The position numbers were made by a program, and so were the translations under genes. The notes below the pieces were generated by a model. That model ran no database searches. It was given only the letters and a program-made list of their open reading frames with translations, and was not told where the DNA came from. From an uncultured delta proteobacterium (GTDB lineage Bacteria > Myxococcota_A > Polyangia > Palsa-1104), in contig CAWAWS010000033.1 of assembly GCA_963785725.1 (NCBI GenBank), positions 1 through 64,000 of the forward strand: a DNA stretch of 64,000 nt, given 5' to 3'. Positions 47,725-59,676 of this stretch are shown here, one piece after another; position 1 is the stretch's first letter; the number at the start of each line of letters is the position of its first letter.

Positions 47725-48933
47725 TTCGTCTTCTTCCCGCCTTTGAGCAAATCTGCGAACGTTCCCAAGCTCGACGGCGCCTTTGGCGCATCATTGGTTG
47801 AACCATTGTTGTCATCGCCGGCTTCGATCAGGCCCAGCGACAAACGGCGCTTGTCTTTGTCGACCGCGAGTACCACGACCTCGAGCTGCGCGCCTACCTG
47901 TGTTGCTTCGCGCGCGTGGCGGATCTGCTTGCCGCTTGGCCAGCTCGCTGACGTGCAAGCAGGCCCTCGACGCCGGGCGCCAGCTCGACGAACGCGCCGA
48001 AGGTCTCGAGGCGCACGACCTTGCCGCTGCGCGCGCGCGCCCTCGTAGAACTTCGTCGCCGCGTCGGCCCACGGATCGCTGGCCAGCGACTTCAGCGACA
48101 GCGAAATACGCTCGCCGCGCTTGGGATCGTCGCCCTTCTCCATCTTCAAGATCTGAACTTCGATCTCTTGCCCGACGCTGAGCACGTCTTTCGGATGCGC
48201 CGACGCGGCTGAAAGCCGAGCTCGCTCACGTGCAGCATGCCCTCGACGCCGCCGAGGTCGACGAACGCGCCGTAGTCCTTGATCGTCGTGACTTTGCCGC
48301 GCACGACCGCGCCGGGCTCGAGCGTCTTGCGCGTCTCGACGGCGAGCGTCGCCTGCTCCTCGCTCGAGCAGCGCGCGGCGCGACACGACCATGTTGAGGC
48401 GATTGCCGTTGAGCTCGTAGCGCGTGATGCGGAAGCGCAGCTTCTGGCCGACGTAGCCGACGCGTCCTCGACGTGGCGCACGTCGAGCTGCGAGATCGGG
48501 CAGAACGCGCGCACGCCGGCGACGGTGACTTCGACGCCGCCTTTGTTGACGCCGCTGACGGTGCCTTCGACGGGGACGCCGAGCTGGAACGCCTGCTCGA
48601 GCTCGGCCTTGCCCTCGGCGCCGCGGCCGAGCAGCCGCTTGAGCACGATCGAGCCCGACGGGCCGCCGACCTCGACCACGCGCGCCTCCAGCTCGTCCAT
48701 TGGTTGAACCAATAGCTTGCCGTCAGCGTCGCGCAGCTCGGTCAGATCGATCACGCCGTCGGACTTGGCGCCGATATCGATGAAGGCGGCGCTGCGACCA
48801 ATGCTGATCACTTTGCCACGCACGTGTCGCCGACCTGCGGCTCCTTGCGCTTCTTCTTCGAACGACCGTCATCCGGACCTTCGAATTCGGCCAGTAGTGT
48901 TGCGAAATCTTCTTCGTCGTGTTCGGGCGGCAT
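47721..48933 (-). CDS. S1 RNA-binding domain protein (RpsA-like, about 4 S1 domains; frameshifted)
   Basis: MPPEHDEEDFATLL...VRGKV, RAFCPISQL, DYGAFVDLGGVEGMLHVSEL and C-terminal LGTFADLL. Confidence 0.85.
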
Positions 48934-48980
48934 GGGCGGGCTAGTCTACATCGAAAGAACCGCCGTGCTATATCAGGCAA

Positions 48981-49259
48981 ATGCCGCCCAAGACTACATG
49001 TCCCATCAGCCGACCCGACTTTTTATCGAAGGCCGAGCCGCTCAAGATCGATCTCGGTAACGGTCAGGTCCTCATCGCCGAGCCGCGCCAGTTCTCCACC
49101 GGCAGCTTCGGCTGGTACGTCAACTCCAAGGCCAACATCTCCGTCGACGGCAAGCCGCTCTCGGTGCAGGTCGGTATGAACCTCATCGTCGTCGGCAGCA
49201 AGGAAGCCAAGGGCGGAGAGACGGCCGAGGCCAAGCCCGACGACAGCAGCAATGGTTGA
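48981..49259 (+). CDS. Small hypothetical protein, 92 aa
   Basis: Good codon usage and motif FSTGSFGW. Its stop TGA is supplied by a TGGTTGAACCA palindrome. Confidence 0.75.
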   Translation: MPPKTTCPISRPDFLSKAEPLKIDLGNGQVLIAEPRQFSTGSFGWYVNSKANISVDGKPLSVQVGMNLIVVGSKEAKGGETAEAKPDDSSNG

Positions 49260-49448
49260 ACCATTGGCGACGGCAGCGGCCCGCGCCGCGCGTCGCTAGC
49301 CGTCACCGGTCGGAACTCAGGTGAACCCGGGTGCGCCTGGGCGCGTCTGCCAGCATTGGCGGCGACGGCCCAGGCGCAATCGTGTGCGGAGTCGTGGGTG
49401 GGTCGGAAATTGGTTTAACCATTCCGAGAAATGGTTAAACCAATTTGC

Positions 49449-52146
49449 TCAGTACTGCTGCAGGAACTACGTGACGCTGGGCTGCTGCGCCCGACGAACG
49501 CGCCGCACAGCTGGATGCGCTCGAGCGCCTGCGCAAGGTTGCGCGGCCCGCCCGGCAGCTTAGGCAGCTGGTCGTTGAAGAAGGCCTCGACGGCGCGCGC
49601 GTGCTCGTCGTCGCAGAAGCTGCCCGTGATCTCGGCGACCCGCCCATCAGCTCCGGCGACAGTCGCCTAAGCAGCTGGTCGAAATGGCTCTGCAGGAACT
49701 TCCACGCCAGCTCGCGCGACTCGGGCTCGCGATCGAGATCGCCGAGCAGCCGATACGTCTCGCGCGCGTCGAAGTCGTCGCTGGCGATGACATCGAGCGT
49801 CGCCTGGTTGAGCGCCGCGCCCGGGAACGCCGGCAGCGTCGCCAGAATGCGACGGCGATCGCTGCGTTCGGTCGCGTGCTTGGCCTCGGCCACGTAGCGG
49901 TCGAAGAGCGCGCGATCGCCGGCCCGCGCCGCCACTTCCAGCACCGACGCCGGCGACGTCGGGATCGACGGCCTTGCGATCGCTCAGCCAGCGCAACGCC
50001 AGACGCCTTGGCCTGCGCGCGCAGCGTCGCGTCCTCGCCCTCGTCGGCGACGAGCCCGACCAATTCCGGGCGCAACAGCCGCGTGTCCTCGTCGTCGCTC
50101 TTGCGCGCCGTCCAGCCGAGCGCGCGCGCCCGCTCGCCGAACACCTTCTGAATGTAACGCGCATATTGCGGCCGCAGCGACGGCGGAACGAGGTGTCTCG
50201 CGCAGCCGCCCCGCCCAATGAATCGACTCCTCGGCCACTTCGCGCCGCGGATCCTTCACCATCCACGGCGTCAGCGCGAGCGCGTCGGCGAGCGGCATGC
50301 GGCCCGCTTGCGTCAGCGCGCTGACGTCGTCGAGGAGCCCGATCATCTCCGGCAGCTCGAGCAGCTTACGACCGTTCTCGCCCAGCAGCTTCGCCAGCAG
50401 ATCGCTGCCGTAGACGGCGCGGAAGTAGCCGGCCTCGCCGTCGTTGGCGAGCAGCCACGTCGGGCAGCTCTTGGCGTCGCTGAGCGGCAGCGTCGCCTTG
50501 ACGTCGCTGACGATGCCGCAGGTGCGACCGGTCTTGCCGCCGGCGACCCAGCGCGCGCACAGCGGAATCTGCCAATGCTGATTGGTTGAACCTTTGCTGC
50601 CGACGGGCAAGAAGCGCTGCTGCGCCAACGCCAGCGACGGCGTCTGCCCGGCGTCGCACTGCAGCTTGACGTCGACGAGCGGCGCGCCCGGCTGATCGAG
50701 GAAGCTCTTGAACGCCGGCGCCAAGTCGCGACCGACGGCGCTCGAGATGGCGCCCACGAAGTCGTCGACGGTGGCGTTGCCGTTGGCGTGCGCCTGCAAG
50801 TAGGCGCGGACGCCGCGCTGGAAGGTCTCGGCGCCGACGAAGCGCTCGAACATCGCCAACACGACGCTGCCTTTGGCGTAGGTGATGCCGCTGTCGAACG
50901 AGTTGTAGATGTCGTCCATGCTGGCGACGGGCTGACGAATGCGGCGCGCGCTGACGAGCGCGTCCGAGCGCAGCGCCTGCGCGCGATAGCCGACGACGCC
51001 GGTATGGTTCAACCATTCCGGCTTCCATTGGTCGATGATCTTCGTCTCCATCCAGGTCGCGAACGATTCGTTGAGCCAGATGTCGTCCCACCACGCGGTC
51101 GTCACGAGATCGCCGAACCACTGGTGCGCGTACTCGTGGGCGGCGACCTCGGCGTATTGCCTCTGGAAACGCAGCCCTTCGTCGGCGTGCTTGGCGACGA
51201 GCAAGCTGTTGGCGTAGGTGACCATGCCGACGTTCTCCATGGCGCCGAACGTCGACGTGATCGGGATGGAGACGTTGTCGAGCTTGTCGAACGGAAACGG
51301 AATGCCGAAGTATTTCTCGAGCAGACCGAGCAGATCGCCCGAGACTTTGACGGCCCAGCGCGCGTCGCCGCCGCGGCCGAACGGCACCGCGACGCGAATC
51401 GGCGTCTGCTTCTGCCCGGCGCGACCGGCTTCGACGATGTCGTAGGGGCCGACGGCGAACGCGACGAGGTAGCTCGGCAGCGGCGCCGTCTCGGCGAACG
51501 TCACCGTCTTCATGCCCGGATGCTCGGCTTTCGTGGCCGTGATGCGCGTATTCGACAGCGTCGCCAGCTTCTCGGGCACTTCCAGCGTCAGCTGCCACGG
51601 CGTCTTCATATCCGGCTGATCGAAGCAGGGAAAGGCGCGGCGCGCGAAGATCGACTCGAACTGCGTGATCGCGTACCAGCGATCGCCCTCTTTCTGCGCG
51701 AAGATGCCGCGATCGTCGCGGCGCGAGATGGGCCCCGTGTAATCGATGTGCAGCGTCGCCTTGCCGGCGGCGATTGGTTTGACCACTTGGAAGCCGACGA
51801 ACTCTTCGTTGCCGGGCACGACGCGCGCCGGGATCTTCTCGCTGCCAACCGTAAAGACGGCCTGCGTGATCTTGAGCTCCGTCGAGTTGAGCCACAAGAG
51901 GTCGGTCGCGCGCTTGAAGTCGATGTCGATGTCGATGGCGCCGCTGAACGTCGGCTGATCCGGCTGCACGTTGACGCGCGCGCGATAGCGGACGGGGCGG
52001 GCGCGATCGTCGACGCGCAGCGCCGGCGGTTGCGCGCCGGCGGGTGAAGCGGTGCCGGCGGCGGCGACGGCGCCCACGGGCGCGGCGGCGGCCGAGGCGC
52101 CGACGAGCGCGAGCGGGATGAAGGCGACCCATGAACGTACGAACAT
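49449..52146 (-). CDS. Secreted M1 family aminopeptidase (ERAP1-like C-terminus; 3' frameshifts)
   Basis: Signal peptide, ARRAFPCFD, GAMEN and HEYAH-x18-E (WLNESFA). Confidence 0.9.
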
Positions 52147-52369
52147 TCTCGATCTCCAGGAGTTGAGGACTACGACTGAGGTGCAACACCGAATGGTGCG
52201 GATGGTTCAACCATTTGCGCAGCTCGTCGCTGAAGGTCGCGCGGGCAGATGTGGGCGACAGTGCGGCGCGGCGCCGCGCAACGGCAGGCGGCCGACGGGG
52301 GAAGACAGACGACTGACGAGCGGCGGCGGTGACGACGTGACGGGCGCGACCCGCTGCACCGAGCCGCAC

Positions 52370-52848
52370 ATTGGTTAAACCAATTCCACGCGCAGCGCGG
52401 CAGGCGAACCGCAGGGCTCACACCGGCAATCGCACGACGCGCGCAGCCGAGAAACGTTACACCGCTCCGCCGAATTGCGGTCGAGGAGGGTTAACCAACT
52501 GCCGGCGCGGCCATGCGACGACTGGAACGGGGATGGTCAAACCAATTGCCGACGCCGTCCCCGGCAGCTTCGAGCGGAAATGGTTTAACCAATTGCAGAC
52601 GTGCCAAGGCTCGAACGGGAATGGTTAAACCGATGGCCGGCGCGGCCACCGCTCGAACGGAACGCTGAACCGATGGCCGGCGCGGCCACTGGCACGACTC
52701 GAACGGGAATGCTTGAACCAACTGCCGGCGCGGCCACTGGCACGACTCGAACCAGCCGCCGCGGCCACTGTCACGACTCGAACGGAATGGTTAAACCACT
52801 GCCGGCGCGGCCACTGTCACGACTCGAACGCGAATGGTTAAACCAATT
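52370..52848. repeat. Degenerate tandem array with TGGTTAAACCA and GCCGGCGCGGCCACTGKCACGACTCGAAC units
   Basis: Motif or near-match at 52372, 52534, 52581, 52622, 52788 and 52835. Confidence 0.85.
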
Positions 52849-53323
52849 GCGGGCGCTGCCAGAGCTCGAACCGATGGGGGAGCTCGTCGTCGCGATGGAG
52901 CTCGGTTTCGGCGAGCGTCCAGGTGTCGTCGAGCGCGGGGAACTGGGTGTCGCCGTCGAAGTGGCGCTCGATGACGGTCAAATGCACGCGACGCGCGAGC
53001 GGCAGCACGTGACGATAGAGCTCAGCGCCACCGATCACGAACGGCTCGTCGTCGGTCTGGCACGCGGCCAGCGCGTCCGCGGGTGAATGCGCGACGATGA
53101 CGCCGTCGGGCGCGCGAAAATCGAGCTGCCGCGTGACGACGACGCTGGTGCGCCCGGGCAGCGCGCGACCGATCGAATCCCACGTGTGACGGCCCATGAC
53201 GATGTGATGCCCCATCGTCAGGCGCTTGAACCGCTGCAGATCGGCCGGCAGACGCCACGGCAATCGATTGTCGACGCCAATGACACGATTCTCCGACATG
53301 GCAACGATGAGCGACAGATTCAC
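52838..53323 (-). CDS. folA: Dihydrofolate reductase
   Basis: LIVAMSENRVIG, LPWRLPADL, MGRHTWDSIGRALPGR, VIGGAELY and GDTQFP. Confidence 0.96.
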   Translation of the reverse strand: MNLSLIVAMSENRVIGVDNRLPWRLPADLQRFKRLTMGHHIVMGRHTWDSIGRALPGRTSVVVTRQLDFRAPDGVIVAHSPADALAACQTDDEPFVIGGAELYRHVLPLARRVHLTVIERHFDGDTQFPALDDTWTLAETELHRDDELPHRFELWQRPQLV

Positions 53324-53410
53324 GCAGCCAACCTCGCATGATTCGACCGCGCCGCAACAGCATTTCTTGTCGCGCGAGTCGTGACAGGACTCGGTCGTTC
53401 GTAAGGAGCG

Positions 53411-53700
53411 CGCTCACTCGAATCGCCGCTCCTCTCAGTCGACCGCACATTGAATCAACCGCTGCTCGAATCGCCGCTTACTTGAAAAGCCGCTTAGTCG
53501 AGTCGCCAGTCACTTGAACAGTCCGCTCGCTTGAACGGCCGCTTGATTGAACAGCCGCTTGATTGAACAGCCGCTTACTCGGATCGACCGTTGCTCGAAT
53601 CGACCATTGCTCGGATCGACGTTACTCGAATCGACCGTTGCTCGAATCGACCGCTCACTTGAATCCACTGGTCAGTTGAATCGGCTCACCGAAATCGGCT
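53411..53700. repeat. Degenerate ~16-17-bp tandem repeat between thyA and folA
   Basis: CTCGAATCGACCGTTG / CTTGAACAGCCGCTT-like units, roughly 15-18 copies. Confidence 0.75.
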
Positions 53701-53834
53701 GGCACTCGAATAGCGCCGCATTCGTCCGGAAGTCGGCGGAGAATGGCGCGCCATTTCCGCCAAGCGTTCGTGCGCTCGACGATTGGCGTTCACTGGAATT
53801 GTTCGCGCGCCACTTCGATGGTTCGTGCGGCGAG

Positions 53835-54629
53835 CTATACGGCGATGGGCGCCTTGATCGTCGGATGCGGGTCGTAGCCGTCGAGCCGGAAGTCTTCGTA
53901 CTGGAATTCGAAGATCGATTGCACTGCGGGATTGAGGTGCATGGTCGGCAATGCGCGCGGCGCGCGCGACAATTGCAGCTGCGCCTGCTCGACGTGGTTC
54001 AAATACAAATGCGCGTCACCGAGCGTATGCACGAACTCGCCGGGCTGAAGATTGCAGACTTGCGCCATCATCATCGTCAACAACGCATAAGACGCGATAT
54101 TGAAAGGGACGCCCAAGAAGATGTCGGCGCTCCTTTGATATAATTGGCAGCTGAGCTTTCCATTGGCGACATAGAACTGGAATAGCGAGTGACAAGGCGG
54201 AAGCTTCATCTTGTTTACTTCGGCGACATTCCAGGCACTGACGATCAAGCGCCGCGAATCGGGGTTCGTCTTGATTTGCGCGACGACGTTGCTGATTTGA
54301 TCGATCGTCGTGCCGTCGGCGGCGGGCCAGCTGCGCCATTGATGACCGTAGACGGGACCCAATTCGCCATTGGCGTCGGCCCATTCGTCCCAAATAGAGA
54401 CGCCGCGCTCCTGCAGCCAATGAACGTTGGTGCTGCCGGTCAAGAACCAGAGCAGCTCGTAGACGATCGATTTCATGTGCAGCTTCTTCGTCGTCACGGC
54501 AGGAAAGCCGGCGGCGAGGTCGAAGCGCATCTGGTAACCGAAGACACTGACCGTGCCGGTGCCGGTGCGATCCCCTTTTTTGACGCCGTTGTCGAGGACG
54601 TGGCGCACGAGGTCGAGGTATTGCTTCAT
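53835..54629 (-). CDS. thyA: Thymidylate synthase
   Basis: MKQYLDL, DRTGTGT, ELLWFL, LPPCH and [18 protein letters not shown]. Confidence 0.98.
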   Translation of the reverse strand: MKQYLDLVRHVLDNGVKKGDRTGTGTVSVFGYQMRFDLAAGFPAVTTKKLHMKSIVYELLWFLTGSTNVHWLQERGVSIWDEWADANGELGPVYGHQWRSWPAADGTTIDQISNVVAQIKTNPDSRRLIVSAWNVAEVNKMKLPPCHSLFQFYVANGKLSCQLYQRSADIFLGVPFNIASYALLTMMMAQVCNLQPGEFVHTLGDAHLYLNHVEQAQLQLSRAPRALPTMHLNPAVQSIFEFQYEDFRLDGYDPHPTIKAPIAV

Positions 54630-54669
54630 CGAGTCCAGAAGGTACCAGATCGTGATAGCTTTCGGCACC

Positions 54670-57600
54670 GTGCCATCGATCGCGTATTACGACTTCGACA
54701 AGGTCGAAAAGACGCTCAAGCTCGGCGCCGAGCCGGTTCTGATTGGCCGCGCGATCGAGTGCCAAATCCGCACCGAGGACGCCGTCGTCTCCCGGCGCCA
54801 CGCGCGCATCCTGCGTGAAGCCGACGACTATTGGATCGAGGATTTGGGCAGCCTGAGCGGCGTCTTCATCGGCACCGAGAAGGTCAAGCGCGCCAAAGTC
54901 GTCCCCGGCGAGCTCATCGTCATGGGCAGCCTCGTCGTGCGGCTCGTCGCTGACGGCTCGTCGCAGCCGGGCAGCGATCGCGTCGACGTGACGGCGACGC
55001 CGGCGATGGCGGCGCAGCTGGAGGCGGCGCAAGCGGAGATCGCCGAGCTCAAGAAGGCCAACGAGCGGCTGCGCTCGAACACGACGGCGGCGAGCGGGCT
55101 CGACACCGAGCTGAAGCGCGCGCGCGACGATGCGGCGCGCGAGCGGAAAGTGCGGCAGACCGCGGTCGAGGGCGAGCGCGAGGCAGCCAAGAAGTCGGCG
55201 GCGCTGGCGGCGGAGATCGAGCGGCTGCGCGGCGAGAGCGACAAGCTGCGCGCGGATGTCGACGCGGCCCGAGCGGCGGCGCGCGACGCGCGAGCCGACG
55301 GCGGGTCGGCGGACTCAGCCGAGACGAGCGCGGCGTTGGCGGCGTTGCGCGCCGAGATCGATCGCGCGCACGCCGACGGCGCGACGTTGCGGGCGGAGCT
55401 GGCGGCGGCGCAGGCGGCGAGCGCGACGTGGCAGTCGCAGCTGGCGCCGACGGGCCCGGCCGCCGCCGACCTGGCAGCGGCCCGTGCCAGCGAAAATGCG
55501 CTGCAGGGCGAGCTCGACCGGGCGCGCGCGGAGCTGGCGGCGCTGCACGCGAACGCTGGAAAAGCGGGCGAAGACACCGCCGCGCTGCGCGGCGACGTCG
55601 AGCGCGCGCGGGCGAGCGAGAGCAAGCTCAAAGTCGAGCTCGAGGCGCTGCGCGGCGATGCGAGCGCCACGCAGGCGCAGCTGGCCGACGCGCGGACGGA
55701 CGCCGACGCGTTGCGGACGCAGCTGGCCGCGGCGCAGGTCGATGCGGGCGCGCTCACATCGCAGGTCGAGAAGTCGCAGGGCGAGGCCGACGCGCTACGC
55801 GCCGAGCTGGACAGGACGCAGGCCAACGCCGACGCGTTGCAGACCCGGCTGAACGAGGCGCGCGCGAGCGAGAGCGACCTGCGCGCCGAGCTGGCGCGGG
55901 CGCAAGGCGACGACCGCGCGCTGCATGACGAGCTGGCGGCGGCGCGCGCCGACGCGGCGGCGTTGCAGGCGGCGGCGGAGACGGCGAGCGTCGCGGCGGC
56001 GGCCGTGCAGGCCGAGCTCGGCCAGGCGCACGGCGAGCTGACGCAAGCGCAGGCGAAGGCGAGCGCGTTGCGGGCGGAGCTCGCCGGTGTGCACGCGAGC
56101 GAAGCGGCCGCGCAGGCGGAGCTCGCGACCGCGCAGGCGACGCTGTCGCAGCTGCAAGAACAGCTGGCGCAGGCCACCGGCGAGCTCGAGAAGCGCGCGG
56201 GCGTGGCGGCGGAGAGCGAGCGTCACGCGGCCGAGCTGCAGGGCGAGCTGACCGCGCTGCGCGCCGAGCTGAGCGACGTCCACGGCGAGGAGACGGCGCG
56301 AAAACAGCAGGTCGAGCAGGCACACGCCGAGCTGGCGGCGACGCGCGCCGAGAGCGACGCGCGGTTGCAGGCGTCCGAGCAGCTGACGAGCGAGCGCGAG
56401 GGCTTGCGCGCCGAGCTGCAGGCGGCGCAGGCGGCGTTGACGAGCGCGCGGCAGGAGCTGGCGACGGCGCAGACGGCGGCGGACGAGGCGCGCGCCGATG
56501 CGGCGCGACTGCGGGCGGCGATCGAGCAGACCGACGGCAACGAAGGCACGCTGCGCGCCGAGATCGCGCGGGCGCAGGGCGACGCCGAGGGCTTGCGCGG
56601 CGAGCTGACCCAGGCGCGCGACGAGGCCACGAAGCTGCGCACGCTCGTCGAGCACGGGCAGGGCGAGCGCGACGAGCTGCAGGCGGCGATCGTCGCCAAG
56701 GACGCGGCGGCGGCGCACTTGCGCGGCGAGCTGCAGGCGGCGCAAGCGGCGCACGAGCAGGCGCAAGCGGCGAGCGCGCAGGCGCACGGCGAGCGGGACG
56801 AGCTGCGCGCGGCGCACGAGCAGGCGCAGGCGGCGAACGCGCAGGCCGAGACGGTCGTCGCGGCCGAGCTGGAGCGCGCGCGGGCGACGGTGACTGCGCT
56901 CGAGCAGGAGCGGACGTCGCTGACGACGCAGCTGGCGGAGCTGCACGCGCGGCAAGATGAGGCGGCGCAGGCCCATACGATCGAGCTGACGCAGCTGCGG
57001 ACGCAGGCGGAGGCGAGCGCGAATCAGCTGGCGGAGCTGCAGGCGCAGCAGACGACGCTGACGACCGAGGGCGAGCGGCTGCGCGGCGACGGTGAGCGGC
57101 TGACGCACGAGCTGCAGGCGGCGCGCGAGCAGGCGGCGGCGGAAGCGGCGCAGCGGGCCGAGCTGCAGGCGCGCATCGAGGCGGCGGCCGAGGACGCGCG
57201 GGCGGCCAAAGCGGCGACGGCGACGCTGGAGTCGGCACGTGAGCAGCTGGAGCGCGAGCGTGACACGTTGCATGCGCAGCTGACGCAGTCGGGCGAGCAT
57301 GCAAAGGACGCGGCGCTGCTGGCGGGGCGTGTCGCCGAGGCCGAGCAGCAGGCGAAGATGGCGCGGCAGGAGACGCTGGAGACGGCGGCGCGCGTGCAGA
57401 CGGCCGTCGACGAGGCGCACCGGCTGACGGCCGAGCTGCGCGCGCGCGACGAGCGGCTGCAGGCAATCGACGCCGAGCTGGCGAGCGCGCGGCAGGCGGC
57501 GCAGGCGGAGGTCTCGCGCGCGCATGCGGCCGACGAGCGCGCGCAAGTGGCCGAGCGCGCGCTGGCGGCGCAGGTCGCAGAGGGCGGCGTCGTCGCGCAG

Positions 57601-58795
57601 AAGCTGCAGGCGGTATCGGAGCAGCTGGCGGAGTCGGAGGCGCGGCTGAAGTCGGAGGCGGCGCGCGCGCAGGAGCTGGCGGCGCAGGCGAACGCGGGGC
57701 AGGAGCGCGTGCAGACGTTGGAGCTGCAGCTGAAGACGGCCGAGCAGCAGGCGGCGGACGCGACGACGCAGGCGGCGGACGCGGCGGAGCGGACGAACAA
57801 GCTGGCGGCCGCCGCGGGGACGAGCGGCGAGCAGGCGCGCGCCGTCGAGCAGCAGCTGGAGGCGGCGACGGCGCAGCTGCGGACGGCCGAGGCGCGCGCG
57901 GGCGAGCTCGAGCGCCAGCTGCACGCGGCGCAGGAAGAGACGCGCGCGGCGGCGACATTGGCGACGGAGCGCGAGCGAGAGGTCGCGGCGGCGACGGCGG
58001 CGGCGCGCGCGGCCGGGGCGCAGTCGGCAGACGCGACGGCGCTCGTCGAGCGGTTGGCGGCGGCGGATGCCGAGCTGCACGCGGCGCAGGCGCGGATCGT
58101 CGAGCGCGAGCAGCGGCTGAGCGATTCTCGAGCGGCAAGCAAAGGCGGCGGACGAGCGGGCGTTGGATGCCGAGGGGCGTGCGCACGAGATCTCGGCGCG
58201 GCTGGATGTGGCCGAGAAGCTGGCGAAGGACGCGACGGCACACGTCGAGGTCGAGGCGCGGCGGGCCGACGACGAGCGGGCGATGCGGCGGGCGGCGGAA
58301 GAGGAGCGCGAGCTGCTGCACGATCGCGCGGCGGGGCTGGAGCGCGAATTGGCGGCGGCGACGGCGGCGCACGGCGCCGGCGGGCAATCATCGGCGGCCG
58401 GCGGCCAATCGGCGATCGGCGGATCGGCGGCGGCGGGCCAAGCGGCAGCCAGCGGCCAGTCGGCAGCCAGCGGCCAATCGGCAGCAGGCGCTGGCGGGCA
58501 TGCGCACGGCGCGGGCGCGAACGGCGACCGTGCGGTCCACGGCGGGCCGGGGGCGCACGCGGCGGGTGCGCCGAGCGTCCCGCCCGGCACCATCGATACA
58601 GTCAGCGCCGTCACCGATGCGCTCGCCGAGCTGCGTGCCAGCCTGCGCGCCGCCAGCGACGAGACGGCAGCGATGACGGAGCCCACGACGTCGGTCCAGG
58701 TCGTCTCCGAGGCGCTCAGCCAGGCGACCGAACAGCTCGAGAACGCGCGCGCGCATCTGCGGGCCCTGTCGCAAATCGTCGGCAGCGACCCGTAG
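54670..58795 (+). CDS. FHA-domain protein with a very long coiled coil (about 1370 aa; frameshift at ~58120-58160)
   Basis: FHA motifs IGR...VSRRHA...DLGSLSG followed by >1000 aa of Ala/Glu/Arg/Gln heptads. Continues in ORF 58163..58795. Confidence 0.8.
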
Positions 58796-58991
58796 CCGTC
58801 GCGGCGAGCCAGCGCGCCCGCCGTAACAGCTCGAGACGCGCGCATCTGCGGGCCTATCGCAAATCGTCGGCAGCGACCCGTAGCCGTCGCGGCGAGCCAG
58901 CGCGCCCGCCGCAACGGCTCGAGACGCGCGCGCATCTGTCGCAAATCGTCGGCAGCGACCTGTAGTCGCGGCGAGCCAGCGCGCCCGCCGT
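58742..58991 (+). repeat. Three ~85-bp direct copies of the 3' end of the FHA gene, including its stop codon
   Basis: GCGCGCATCTG...TCGCAAATCGTCGGCAGCGACCYGTAG...GCGGCGAGCCAGCGCGCCCGCCG occurs three times. Confidence 0.9.
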
Positions 58992-59016
58992 TCGTCGCAC
59001 TCGACGGCGCCGGCGC

Positions 59017-59660
59017 AATGGTTAAACCATTTTCACGATTGGTTTAACCATTGTTTGCGCCGCCACGTCCCCGACCGCGTCATGTTTGCGACATCGCGCT
59101 CGCGCGACGAAGCCATCGTTTGCCAACGTCGGACGCTGCCCACCGAGCCATGTCGCGAGCGTCGGCGCCGCGAGACTACGCCACTGTTTGCGGACGCCGG
59201 CGCTCCGAAACCGAGCGATAGCGCCCCCATATTGCCGCTCCGAAACCGGGCCATTGTTTGCGACATCGTGCTCCGATACCGATCCATTGTTTGCGAGCGT
59301 CGGCGCTCCGAGACAAGGTTCGCGATAAACCTTCCGTAACTTTGCCGGTTCAGCCGATGTCCGGCGCGAAGGAGCCGCGGCGCGCGCGGGCACAGCCCGC
59401 CCGCGCGCCGCGGCCAAGCAGCCCGAGCCACTCCGCGGCCGACCAGCCGACCCGTCGCGTCCACACTCCCCGCCGACCAGTCGACACGTCGCTTCCGCAC
59501 TCCCCGCCAACCAGTCGACACGTCGCTTCACGCGCGGCGGATCGATCAGCCGACCAGCCGAGCCGCGGCTTCCGCACTCCGCACCCGACTGAGCCTAGCC
59601 GTGGATTCCACACGCCGCACCGAGCGGCCCAGCCGCGGCCTCCGCACTCCGCACCCGCGC
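59017..59660. repeat. Repeat-rich intergenic region
   Basis: Palindrome doublet at 59019/59040, CCATTGTTTGCGA...GCTCCGA units (~59050-59320) and CTTCCGCACTCC units (~59400-59660). Confidence 0.65.
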
Positions 59661-59676
59661 GTATCCGCGCTGCGCG

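Noticed and set aside
54670..58795. SMC chromosome segregation protein
   Set aside because: No Walker A/B or hinge is visible, and the N-terminus is an FHA domain.
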